This document shows positions 36,695 to 45,904 of a DNA stretch of 64,000 nt, piece by piece; within the stretch, counting starts at the first letter, position 1; every line of letters begins with the position of its first letter. The stretch lies in assembly GCA_041664625.1 (NCBI GenBank), contig JBAYKK010000003.1, forward strand, positions 4,331 to 68,330, in the 5' to 3' direction. The translations under genes and the position numbers were made by a program. Origin of the DNA: Minisyncoccota bacterium. Its GTDB lineage: Bacteria; Patescibacteriota; Minisyncoccia; Phycocordibacterales; WO2-35-19. The notes below the pieces were generated by a model, which had not been told where the DNA came from, did not search any database, and was given only the letters and a program-made list of their open reading frames with translations.

Positions 36695-37531
36695 TTAGGA
36701 TTTTTGAATCAAATCTATTTCGGCTAACATATCGGCGATTTTTTCATCTGAGAGGCCGGCTTGTTTCAAAATATCTGGATTTTCGCGAGCTTGACGACAG
36801 AGCACGATGCCAGCTTGCATCAAAAGTCTTTCGTCGCTAGGAGTGCTTGAGTTGAGACAAGTGATGGGGTGCAAATGAGCTGCTTCAATCAAATCTTGCA
36901 AATTGCCTTGCTCGGGATAGTTCCAACCAACCAATTTCATATTGCGACATTTGGCATAATTTATAGCTGACTCAGAAAATTTGGTATTGGTCACTAGCCA
37001 ACCCTCATCAAGTTTGCGTTCTTTACCAAAATCAAAAATACTGTTAATCAAATCGTCCCATCTGGCTTTGACATAAAGAGCCACTTTCAAATCAGATTTG
37101 ATACCAAGTTCATTATGGAATTTGGCTTCTACCATTATGAGTTTTTCTGTATTCCAAGCAACTATATCTACTTCGTGTTCGGCGCATTCACCTTGAGCGA
37201 TGAAGTCGGTAGTAGTTTCAAAACCTTTGGCGCGGAAAATTTCAGCCACGAATTGTTCAAATGGAAATCCGGTAGGTCCTAACTCCATCACTGCTCTACG
37301 AAGCGAGTATCTAGCTGCGGCTGGTATTTCTTCTTTGCCTAAAAGCATGAAGGCTCGACGATAAATGTCTTTAGTTGTGTCCCCTTCTTTAAGTTCATCT
37401 TCTATTTGGCTGATTACTTTTTCTGATGATTCTATACTTGCGCCAGCTCTAGCCAAAGATTCTCTTAATTTTTGGGGATTGAATTCCTCTTTTTCGCCGG
37501 TCGCTTTGATTATATAAATTTGTTTTTGCAT
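36695..37531 (-). CDS. ATP-cone domain fused to Mrr-like restriction endonuclease (PD-(D/E)xK) domain
   Basis: N-term IIKATGEKEEFNPQKL...ARYSLRR (ATP-cone incl. Y..YR-like end); GFPFEQFVAEIFRAKGF...VDIVAW...MVEAKF (Mrr_cat). Confidence 0.65.
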   Translation of the reverse strand: MQKQIYIIKATGEKEEFNPQKLRESLARAGASIESSEKVISQIEDELKEGDTTKDIYRRAFMLLGKEEIPAAARYSLRRAVMELGPTGFPFEQFVAEIFRAKGFETTTDFIAQGECAEHEVDIVAWNTEKLIMVEAKFHNELGIKSDLKVALYVKARWDDLINSIFDFGKERKLDEGWLVTNTKFSESAINYAKCRNMKLVGWNYPEQGNLQDLIEAAHLHPITCLNSSTPSDERLLMQAGIVLCRQARENPDILKQAGLSDEKIADMLAEIDLIQKS

Positions 37532-37570
37532 ATTCCTATTTTATACTAGATGCTTGTTGCTGGCTACTTA

Positions 37571-38740
37571 CTACTTGATAATGCCACCACCGAGGCAAGT
37601 CTCGCCATCACCTGCCTTGCCGGCAGGCAGGTATAAAACCAAAGATTGACCAGGCGCTACACCGTTTTGAGGTTTGTCAAAAGTCACTGATATTTGGTTA
37701 TTTTCTTTTGAAATACGACAAGCGATTTTTTCTTGACGGTATCTCACTCGGCATTGAATCTTTTTGTTTGGGATTTCGCCACTAAGATTTACATCAGTGA
37801 GAATTACTTTTTGTGGAGTATCACTAGTGCTACGGAACTTCTCGGCAACTGTTATAGTATTTTTTTTGATATCTTTAGCTATCACATACACAGGGCTACC
37901 CTGTGCGGTTTTTTGAAGTATGGTGAAGCCGTGGCGTTCGCCAATAGTAAAAAATAAAGCACCATTATGAAAACCTATTATTTCTCCTTTTTCATTCAAG
38001 ACTTTCCCTTCTTTTTGAGGCATGTAGCGAGATAAAAATTCTTTCATATCGACTTTACCCAAGAAGCAAAGGCCTTGGCTATCTTTGCGAGTTTCTTGTG
38101 GCAGGCCAAATTTACCCGCCAATTTACGGACTTCTGATTTTTGCAGATGACCTATGGGGAATAAAACATGTTTGAGCTGATCTTGGTTTAGGGTCCAGAG
38201 GAAGTAGCTTTGATCCTTGTTCGGATCAGCTCCTTCCTTAAGTAGCCAGTAGTTAGTAGCCAGTAGCCAGGGTTCTAAATTTGTTTTTTTATTTTTACTA
38301 GATGCTAGATGCTTACTACTAACTACTTTTTTACAAGCGTAGTGTCCAGTAGCGACAAAATCAGCACCATTTTTTAAAGCAAATTTCAAGAAGTGACCAA
38401 ACTTGATTTCTTTGTTGCACATCACATCTGGGTTGGGAGTGCGACCGATTTTGTATTCAGCTATCATATAATCCACTACTTCTTTTTTGTATTCTTTTTC
38501 TAGGTCCAAGGTGATAAAAGGAATATCCAAAATAGCCGCTACTCTCATAGCGCTTCGGCGGTCTTCTTTCCAGGTACAAGGATAACCTTCGGGTGTCCAA
38601 GCTTTGATGAATACCCCAGTTACCTCGAAGCCTTCTTTTTGAAGCAAGGCAGCGCTCACCGCACTATCTACCCCACCCGAAAGCCCGACAAATACTTTTT
38701 GGCTGTTTGTTTTTTTGTTTTTTATGTTTTTCACTTTCAA
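37571..38740 (-). CDS. mnmA: tRNA-specific 2-thiouridylase MnmA
   Basis: PP-loop SGGVDSAVSA; catalytic Cys pair; carries a ~20-aa low-complexity insert (SSKHLASSKNKKTNLEPWLLATNYWLL). Confidence 0.85.
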   Translation of the reverse strand: MKVKNIKNKKTNSQKVFVGLSGGVDSAVSAALLQKEGFEVTGVFIKAWTPEGYPCTWKEDRRSAMRVAAILDIPFITLDLEKEYKKEVVDYMIAEYKIGRTPNPDVMCNKEIKFGHFLKFALKNGADFVATGHYACKKVVSSKHLASSKNKKTNLEPWLLATNYWLLKEGADPNKDQSYFLWTLNQDQLKHVLFPIGHLQKSEVRKLAGKFGLPQETRKDSQGLCFLGKVDMKEFLSRYMPQKEGKVLNEKGEIIGFHNGALFFTIGERHGFTILQKTAQGSPVYVIAKDIKKNTITVAEKFRSTSDTPQKVILTDVNLSGEIPNKKIQCRVRYRQEKIACRISKENNQISVTFDKPQNGVAPGQSLVLYLPAGKAGDGETCLGGGIIK

Positions 38741-38760
38741 ACCTTACAACATTTTTGGTT

Positions 38761-39834
38761 TTACCTCAAATACGCTTCTCGGTTGGTTTGGTGGCCTTCG
38801 AAATTTTTGGCGTAATACATATTGCCGGATTTATCAGACATAAAATATAAATATTCGGTTGGAGTGGGAGTGATGGCGGCGCGGATCGAGTCTATCCCTG
38901 GGTTAGTGATAGCGGTTGGTGGTAAACCTTTGTTAAGGTAGGTGTTGTATTCGTGGTCTTGTTTCAGATCTTCTTTGGTTAAAGTGTAAGAATTTTTACC
39001 ATTGTAATATTGAAAAGGCGCATCGACTTGTAAAGGCATTTTCATACGCAACCTTTTCCACAAAATTCCTGACACAATTCTTTTGGATTCCAAAGTCCTG
39101 TTGGCCTCATCTTCAATTATGGAAGCCATAATGATTATTTCGTTGAGAGGTTTTTGGAATTTTATAATATCGGCTTCATAAGGTTTGGTTTGTCTGGTGA
39201 AGTTTTCGCGCATCATTAGTATCACATCGCTTGCTTTGACGTTTGGAGTCAAAAAATAAGTATCAGGAAACAAAAATCCCTCGTAATTATTATCAGCCAC
39301 TTCTTTTTTGAAATCTTCAGCATTGAAATTTGGTAATTGTTTTTTTAAAATTTCAGCCATCTCTATCGAAGAAGAACCTTCTGGCAAAGTGACTCTCAAA
39401 GCGATCAGACCGAATTCGCCTTTGTGGATCATTTTTGCCACTCTGAAAATGTTGGTAGCAGTTGGGAAATAATAATCGCCGGCAACTACTCTCTTTTCAC
39501 CACCTAAAATAACGATAAAAGTTTTGAGCCAAAAATCCGAACGGATGATGTTTTTTTGTTTGAAAGAATTGGCTACTTGAGTCAAAGACTCACCCCTCTC
39601 GATAGTGATCAGGGCTTGTTCTGGGAAAGGACTCGGTGCTCGCCAACTAAAAATATAAAAAATACTAAATAAAAACAAAACCAGAGCAACTATCGCTGTT
39701 ATTCGTAAAATATGATTGTCCAAAAAAATTAAAACTTTGGTTATCCGGTCTCGCCAAGCCATAAGTCTTATGTGTTGAGATTCACGCTCAAGTAAATCCG
39801 CTACCTTTTTTTTAAAGTTTAACCAAAAATTCAT
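38761..39834 (-). CDS. mltG: endolytic murein transglycosylase MltG (YceG family)
   Basis: N-terminal TM, YceG domain length and motifs. Confidence 0.8.
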   Translation of the reverse strand: MNFWLNFKKKVADLLERESQHIRLMAWRDRITKVLIFLDNHILRITAIVALVLFLFSIFYIFSWRAPSPFPEQALITIERGESLTQVANSFKQKNIIRSDFWLKTFIVILGGEKRVVAGDYYFPTATNIFRVAKMIHKGEFGLIALRVTLPEGSSSIEMAEILKKQLPNFNAEDFKKEVADNNYEGFLFPDTYFLTPNVKASDVILMMRENFTRQTKPYEADIIKFQKPLNEIIIMASIIEDEANRTLESKRIVSGILWKRLRMKMPLQVDAPFQYYNGKNSYTLTKEDLKQDHEYNTYLNKGLPPTAITNPGIDSIRAAITPTPTEYLYFMSDKSGNMYYAKNFEGHQTNREAYLR

Positions 39835-39839
39835 AAGGG

Positions 39840-41081
39840 TTATATAGGTAAGTTAGCCGGAGCTTTAGATTTAAGTGAAGGTACTCTTTCAAATGTTGGA
39901 GTAGAAGCGACTGATCCAGGGAAGTGGAAAATAGTGGCCAATTCTTCGACATTCAAAACGAAAGGTTTGGTATAAAACTTTTTGCCTATGTAGGGCGAAT
40001 AAAAATATCGACGGAGTTTGTATTCCTCCAAAATTTTTGGTTTCAATTTTTCTTTTTTACTACCCCATTCTTGCCAAGGGTAATCAAAAATACCAAACCA
40101 ACCGGCCGGTTTGAAACCGTTTAAATTGAGTGAGCCGTATTGTTTGAAACAGCCACCGATACCACCACCGCCGTTGCCCGAGTTGAATTTATCTTTGTCA
40201 GCTATGTAGATACCGCGAATGCCGACGTCAAAAGGTATTTTGGAAACGCTACGCTCTAACGCAGCTATCATATCAGCTTCACCTTTGCTTGGTATCCTAG
40301 GGAAACCACCTTCTTCTTTGGCCACTTTCAAATCTTTTAAGATTTTTTCTTTGGCGGCTTTGGCTTCATCTGTCCAAGAATCTTCTTTTTCACTAAAAAC
40401 GTCGGCCACTCTTCTTTTTTTGTGAGCACGGATAAGTATTTGGATCCAAGCGTTGTGGCCAGAAGTAAGTGAGCCCAAAAATTCTATAAGCGGGGTCATT
40501 GGGTCGATTTTGAATTCTTCTTTGGGGTCCTTATCAAGTCCATAATCTATGTAAGTTTTGATTGGGAAAGGGTCAGCTTTGGTCAAAGCAAATTCACAAC
40601 CCCAAAGCCCGTATTTTTCAGGATCGTAATAAAAAGGTTTGGTGTAATCTTCGGCTTCATAAATCTCTACCCCTGGGTATTGAGAATAAATTTGTGATTC
40701 TATAATGTTGCGATGTTTGGGTTTGGTCCAGATAAAAAATTTGATATTACCGCCGATCGAAACTATCTCCAAAGAAAACCAACTACGAGTTTGGCCATTC
40801 CAAATGCGGTCTACCCAAGTACCTTCGCCACCAGGTTGATGCAAAGCGTTCAAAACTATTTCCATCGCTACTGGTGATTTGGTGATTTCTCGAGGTAGCC
40901 TTATTTCCAGAAGTACTGAACCTTCTTTTTGCCAAAATTTGGTGCGTTGGTAATAAAGCCAAGCATTAAAAAGCGCCACCAAAAAGGCGACTGGCAACCA
41001 TATAGGCATTCCCAAATAAACATATTTGAATGCCAAGAGTAAACCATCCCAAACTTCAGTAGGTATAAAACCAAAAACCAT
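39840..41081 (-). CDS. hypothetical membrane protein
   Basis: 413 aa, N-terminal TM helices, Gly-rich segment GNGGGGIGG; no domain recognised. Confidence 0.45.
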   Translation of the reverse strand: MVFGFIPTEVWDGLLLAFKYVYLGMPIWLPVAFLVALFNAWLYYQRTKFWQKEGSVLLEIRLPREITKSPVAMEIVLNALHQPGGEGTWVDRIWNGQTRSWFSLEIVSIGGNIKFFIWTKPKHRNIIESQIYSQYPGVEIYEAEDYTKPFYYDPEKYGLWGCEFALTKADPFPIKTYIDYGLDKDPKEEFKIDPMTPLIEFLGSLTSGHNAWIQILIRAHKKRRVADVFSEKEDSWTDEAKAAKEKILKDLKVAKEEGGFPRIPSKGEADMIAALERSVSKIPFDVGIRGIYIADKDKFNSGNGGGGIGGCFKQYGSLNLNGFKPAGWFGIFDYPWQEWGSKKEKLKPKILEEYKLRRYFYSPYIGKKFYTKPFVLNVEELATIFHFPGSVASTPTFERVPSLKSKAPANLPI

Positions 41082-41142
41082 ATCAATATTTTATCATTAC
41101 TATTATAAAAAAGAAAACTGATTTTTGAACAACAAAAAATGG

Positions 41143-41165
41143 CCAGAGTGGGCCATTTTTTGTTT
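41143..41165. terminator. bidirectional terminator
   Basis: aatggcc-agagt-gggccatt with A/T runs on both sides. Confidence 0.6.
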
Positions 41166-41180
41166 AGTTGATTTTTTTGT

Positions 41181-42269
41181 TTAAGCGGCTGTGTATAGTC
41201 CTTGTTTGTTTTTCTTGAAGAACTTTGGATTTTGTAAGTTGACCATCACGGTGTTGGCTTTGACGTAACGTTCTTTCATCACTTTTTCTAAAACTTGTTC
41301 TTTGGAAAGTGGGCCATCTTTTTTGATAATTTCAGCGATCACATCTCGGACTACGCCAGTTGAATAACCCCATTCTTTCAAAGCATAAAGACCACGACCA
41401 ACCAAAACGAAACGAGGGTCTTTGATGAGTTCGTTGTGAGTGGTAGCGACATGGGCTTTTTTCTTGAAAACTTCACCTATGAGTTTGGCTACTTCTCTGA
41501 AGTGGATTGGTGAACCATGTTTGCGTAAAATCAAATATGCGTAATCACGAACTCCTTTGGTCTTGATATTTGAAGATTTAGATTTGCCCCATTCGCCCAA
41601 TGGATTTTTGGAAATATTTTTGGAAATAGAGAGCCAACGAGTGAGTATCTCATCTTGTTTGTATTCGTCGGAAACATTTTTTAAATGTTCCAAAAAGGAA
41701 TTAACAATTTCAGCTTCTGGGATTATTTCATCATCGCCCAAACCGATATAGAGTTTGCGTAAAGCCTCGTGGATTTTTTCGGCTAAGCTGCCGTCTACGT
41801 GCCAACGATGTTTGAATTCTATGTCTTCTTTGATTTTGCTGAAATCATCACCAACTACCAAAAGGAAATGGATGTATTTTTTGGTGACTGTGTCTTTACC
41901 CAAATGATTTAGCAAATCATCTTCAGAAACTACACCACCCATTTGGTTCATTATATTTTTTAATTCATCAAAAACGGCTCGCTCTTTTTCATAAGTATCA
42001 GCTTTCCTGATGTGGTTTATGGCGTAATTTTCAATCTGACGGACTCTCTCTCTGGTGATACCGTATTTTTTGCCTATTGCTTCAAGAGTCATTTCTTCGC
42101 CATTTTGATTCAAGCCAAAACGGCCCACGATCACATCTTGAGCTCGGTCTGGGAGAGAACCAAAAAGTCTCTTAACCACTTGCTTGGGGTTAAAAGAAAG
42201 GACGAATATTTTGTTTTTTGAAGCTTCTTTTATCATATAATTTATTAAATTAATTATACCCGCCCGCAA
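41181..42269 (-). CDS. sigma-70 region-4-like HTH protein with a long C-terminal extension (putative transcription factor)
   Basis: N-terminal LPDRAQDVIVGRFGL...EEMTLEAIGKKYGITRERVRQIENYAINHIRK matches sigma70 region 4, here placed at the N-terminus. Confidence 0.5.
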   Translation of the reverse strand: MRAGIINLINYMIKEASKNKIFVLSFNPKQVVKRLFGSLPDRAQDVIVGRFGLNQNGEEMTLEAIGKKYGITRERVRQIENYAINHIRKADTYEKERAVFDELKNIMNQMGGVVSEDDLLNHLGKDTVTKKYIHFLLVVGDDFSKIKEDIEFKHRWHVDGSLAEKIHEALRKLYIGLGDDEIIPEAEIVNSFLEHLKNVSDEYKQDEILTRWLSISKNISKNPLGEWGKSKSSNIKTKGVRDYAYLILRKHGSPIHFREVAKLIGEVFKKKAHVATTHNELIKDPRFVLVGRGLYALKEWGYSTGVVRDVIAEIIKKDGPLSKEQVLEKVMKERYVKANTVMVNLQNPKFFKKNKQGLYTAA

Positions 42270-42272
42270 CGA

Positions 42273-42320
42273 TTCGCAAACTCATCTTGCGATTCGGGCG
42301 GGCCACATTATTATAACACA
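42273..42320 (-). terminator. long imperfect hairpin (probable leuS terminator)
   Basis: cccgcccg/cgggcggg outer stem with inner cgattcgcaa/ttgcgattcg stem. Confidence 0.5.
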
Positions 42321-42368
42321 TTTGACACTCTCTACAATATCACATCACACTTTTTTGTCAAATCTTGA

Positions 42369-44828
42369 TTAGATCACGAAGTTTATTATCTTGTTTGGAA
42401 TAAAAATGATTTTTTTGGGCTCTTTCCCTTCTAGCCATTTTTGGGTCTCTGGCAGGCTTAAAGCCTTTGTTTTGGCCTCATTTTCGGATATGCCCACCTC
42501 TGCTTCAAATTGAGATCTGATCTTGCCGTTTATCTGCACTACTATAACAGTATTTGTTTCTTTGATTTTTGAACTATCAAAAATAGGCCATTCTTCCAAA
42601 TGAATTGAAGAGTCATGCCCCAGGTTAGACCAAATTTCTTCTGTCATATGTGGTGCAAAAGGTGCTAATAACTTCAAAAATGTCTCAAAGTTTTCTTTAG
42701 CTACTAGCTGCTGGTTGCTGGCTACTTCCTTTTCGAGTTCATTTAGCAAAATCATCATGGCCGAAATAGCAGTATTGAATTTATAATTTTCAATATCCTC
42801 GGTTACTTTCTTTATAGTTTTATGTAATAGATTTTCAAGTTTTTGGTTTGGTTTTTTTGCGTCTGATTTTTCTTCAATTAATTCATGATTCATACTTCTT
42901 AATTCATTTCCCATTTTCCACACTCTTTCCAAAAATCTTTTTATGCCCACTACCCCACCTATGTCCCACGGATACTGACCAGTCTCATTGTATGGTCCGA
43001 TAAAAGCGAGGTACATCTTGACTGTATCTCCGCCAACTTTTTCTACTAATTCATCTGGGTCTATCACGTTGCCTTTACTCTTGCTCATCTTTTGACCGTC
43101 AGGTCCCAAGATCAATCCTCTGTTCATTCTTTCTGTGAATGGTTCGGCTTCGTTTACCAATCCCATATCAAAAAGAGCTTTGTGGAAAAATCTGGAATAC
43201 AAAAGATGCATATTGGTATGTTCGGCACCACCCGAATATCTGGCAACTGGCATCCAGTTTTTCATTTTTGCTTTGTTGGCGAATTCTTTTGAGTTGGTTG
43301 GGTCGGTGTAGCGGTTGAAATACCAAGAAGAATCTACGAATGTGTCCATTGTGTCGTATTCAGGTGTCCAACCTTTGCCAAATATTTTTTCTACTCGGTT
43401 TTTTAATTCTTTGGAAGTAGTGAGCGGTGAATCCCCTTTTGGGCTAAAATCTACATCTTCGGGTAAAAGCCAAGGTAAGTGCTTATCGGGAATCATGTAA
43501 GCTTGACCTTGTGGATCATAAACTACCGGTATAGGGCAACCCCAGTATCTCTGGCGACTCAAGAGCCAATCACGTAATTTAAATTTAGTTACTTTTTGGC
43601 CAAACTTTTCTGTGATTTTCTCTCGCGCTTCTCCACTCGACATTCCATTAAGCTCACCAGAATTTGTGTTAATTCCCTCATCAATAAAAGCTTTATTAGA
43701 AATGTCACCACCGCTTATTACTTCAACTATTGGTAGGTTGTATTTTTTGGCAAATTCAAAATCGCGGTCGTCATGAGCGGGCACAGCCATCACTGCGCCG
43801 GTACCATAATTACCCAGCACATAATCAGCTACGAAAACTGGCACTTCCTCTTTGTTGGCTGGGTTTATAGCGGTCACTCCTTCCAATTTTACTCCCGTCT
43901 TTTCCTTCTTGGCGTCAGTCCTTTCTATTTCTGTTCTATTTTTTGTTTTTTCTGCGTATTCTTTGACTTTTTCATAATTCCTAATTCCTAATTCATGATT
44001 CAATATTTTCTTTACTATTTCGTGTTCGGGGGCTACCACTAAATAAGTAACACCAAAAAGCGTATCGGCTCTTGTGGTGAAGACTTCTATTTTTTCCCTT
44101 ACTACTGTCTGCTTACTGCTTACTACTTCAAATTCCAATTCCGTCCCTTCTGACTTCCCTATCCAATTTCTTTGCGCCGTCTTTATTTCTTCCGGCCACT
44201 TCAAATCTTTCATATCAGAAATCAATCTCTCGGCGTAATCAGTAATTTTGAAAAACCATTGTTCCAAGTCTTTTTGAATAACTTCGCTATCACATCTCTC
44301 GCACTTGCCATCTTTGACTTGTTCGTTGGCCAGCACAGTTTGGCACGAAGGGCACCAATTAACAGAGGCCTTTTTTTTGTAAGCTAAATCTTTTTTATAA
44401 AATTGTAAGAATAACCATTGGGTCCATTTATAGTATTCAGGGTCGGCGGTGATGATTTTGCGGGACCAATCAAAAGAGTTGCCCATACTTTGGAGTTGTT
44501 TTTCCATGTAGGTAATATTTTCGTAAGTCCATTTTTTGGGATCCAAACCTCTTTTGATGGCAGCATTTTCGGCCGGTAGCCCAAAGGCGTCAAAACCGAT
44601 TGGCAGCATGACATTGTAGCCTTGCATTCTTTTGGTACGCGCAAAAATATCTGGCAGAGCAAAAGCGTACCAATGGCCGATGTGTAAATTGCCAGATGGA
44701 TAAGGGAATTCCATCAAAGCAAAAATATTTTTTTTACCAGGCACCTCGTCGGCAGTTTTGTATAAATTATCTTTTTGCCATTTTTCCTGCCACTTTTTTT
44801 CTATTTCTTTATGATTGTATGATTCCAT
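42369..44828 (-). CDS. leuS: leucyl-tRNA synthetase
   Basis: 819 aa; HIGH (PYPSGNLHIGH) and KMSKS motifs, CP1 editing domain. Confidence 0.95.
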   Translation of the reverse strand: MESYNHKEIEKKWQEKWQKDNLYKTADEVPGKKNIFALMEFPYPSGNLHIGHWYAFALPDIFARTKRMQGYNVMLPIGFDAFGLPAENAAIKRGLDPKKWTYENITYMEKQLQSMGNSFDWSRKIITADPEYYKWTQWLFLQFYKKDLAYKKKASVNWCPSCQTVLANEQVKDGKCERCDSEVIQKDLEQWFFKITDYAERLISDMKDLKWPEEIKTAQRNWIGKSEGTELEFEVVSSKQTVVREKIEVFTTRADTLFGVTYLVVAPEHEIVKKILNHELGIRNYEKVKEYAEKTKNRTEIERTDAKKEKTGVKLEGVTAINPANKEEVPVFVADYVLGNYGTGAVMAVPAHDDRDFEFAKKYNLPIVEVISGGDISNKAFIDEGINTNSGELNGMSSGEAREKITEKFGQKVTKFKLRDWLLSRQRYWGCPIPVVYDPQGQAYMIPDKHLPWLLPEDVDFSPKGDSPLTTSKELKNRVEKIFGKGWTPEYDTMDTFVDSSWYFNRYTDPTNSKEFANKAKMKNWMPVARYSGGAEHTNMHLLYSRFFHKALFDMGLVNEAEPFTERMNRGLILGPDGQKMSKSKGNVIDPDELVEKVGGDTVKMYLAFIGPYNETGQYPWDIGGVVGIKRFLERVWKMGNELRSMNHELIEEKSDAKKPNQKLENLLHKTIKKVTEDIENYKFNTAISAMMILLNELEKEVASNQQLVAKENFETFLKLLAPFAPHMTEEIWSNLGHDSSIHLEEWPIFDSSKIKETNTVIVVQINGKIRSQFEAEVGISENEAKTKALSLPETQKWLEGKEPKKIIFIPNKIINFVI

Positions 44829-44875
44829 TTTTCCTGTTTACCCAGCGTAGCTTTAGCGAAGTTGGGCATAATAAA

Positions 44876-45835
44876 TTACCCTCTCACCTGTGTTGGGTAT
44901 GTGACTGGGTCAATGACGCGAGTGAAGCACTGCCTGCCCATCTTGTGGTTCCAGTTGTCGTTTTCAATCGTTCCGATTTTGCCTGGGTAAGTGACTTGCA
45001 TCATACCTTGGTATTGATTTTGGCTCATCATGTTTTCTTTATTGAAGTTAGTGCATATTTCAAAAGTCATTTCTTTAGTTTTTTTGTATTCGTAATCGGC
45101 CATGTTGATACCAGTCAAACAATAATTTTGAACACAATAAGTCTCTAATGCGGGTTGAGATTGTGGCAACATACCGTTCATCTGCCAATAACTTATGACT
45201 TGCCACTGGATATTTTGCAGGTCAGTTATTTTTTGATTGTCTGCACGTATAAGCCTCTGGGTTTGAGGTGAGCCGAGTACTACAAAGCCCCAAATTATAG
45301 TTGCCAAAATGATAACGCTTACCACTATTGGTCTCGTCTTCATACATTTAGCTGAGACTCTGTCGCGAATATCTTGGAGATAATGAGCAAAAATAGCTCC
45401 GGCTACCAAAAGTACAGCTAGCGCTTTGAGCAAGAAGGCTGCGGTCAAATCTTGGCCATCTAAAAATTTATAGAGCACTGTTACCAAATCCCCTGCCAAA
45501 AGTAGGCCAGCTACGAAAAGAGTGATGTAAGTTAGCCATTTGCGGATACCCAAATCTTTTTTAACTGGGTTTTCGATGTAAATTTTGTTTACGAAATAAG
45601 ATAAGAGGATAAACAAAGGGAAAAAAATAATGAGGGTAGCTACCGGCATACTGATTTCGGATCCACCACCCCAATTATAAATATTTTGAGCGACTTCAGG
45701 GAAAGCCTTATTTATTATTTTGAAAATTAGATTTAAGAAACTGACGGTGGCGGTATATAAAGCCACCATCGCTCCCAAATGCAAAAAGAAATCTTTAGCT
45801 GTGGTTTTTTGTTCCATGTGATTTTGCGAAATCAT
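44876..45835 (-). CDS. hypothetical polytopic membrane protein
   Basis: 319 aa, ~6 TM helices then a Cys-containing extracytoplasmic tail; start could be the internal ATG at ~45817. Confidence 0.45.
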   Translation of the reverse strand: MISQNHMEQKTTAKDFFLHLGAMVALYTATVSFLNLIFKIINKAFPEVAQNIYNWGGGSEISMPVATLIIFFPLFILLSYFVNKIYIENPVKKDLGIRKWLTYITLFVAGLLLAGDLVTVLYKFLDGQDLTAAFLLKALAVLLVAGAIFAHYLQDIRDRVSAKCMKTRPIVVSVIILATIIWGFVVLGSPQTQRLIRADNQKITDLQNIQWQVISYWQMNGMLPQSQPALETYCVQNYCLTGINMADYEYKKTKEMTFEICTNFNKENMMSQNQYQGMMQVTYPGKIGTIENDNWNHKMGRQCFTRVIDPVTYPTQVRG

Positions 45836-45904
45836 GCCGTCCCAACGTCCATTAAGGGGCGGCTAATCCCAATTAGTATTAATAATCTAATTATACCATA
45901 AAAA

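Noticed and set aside
42369-44828. Low-complexity insertions in LeuRS (NELRSMNHEL, VVSSKQTVV)
   Set aside because: Alignment to E. coli LeuRS shows equal segment lengths at both positions. Only the shared 20-nt identity with the methyltransferase insert is kept as a low-interest observation.
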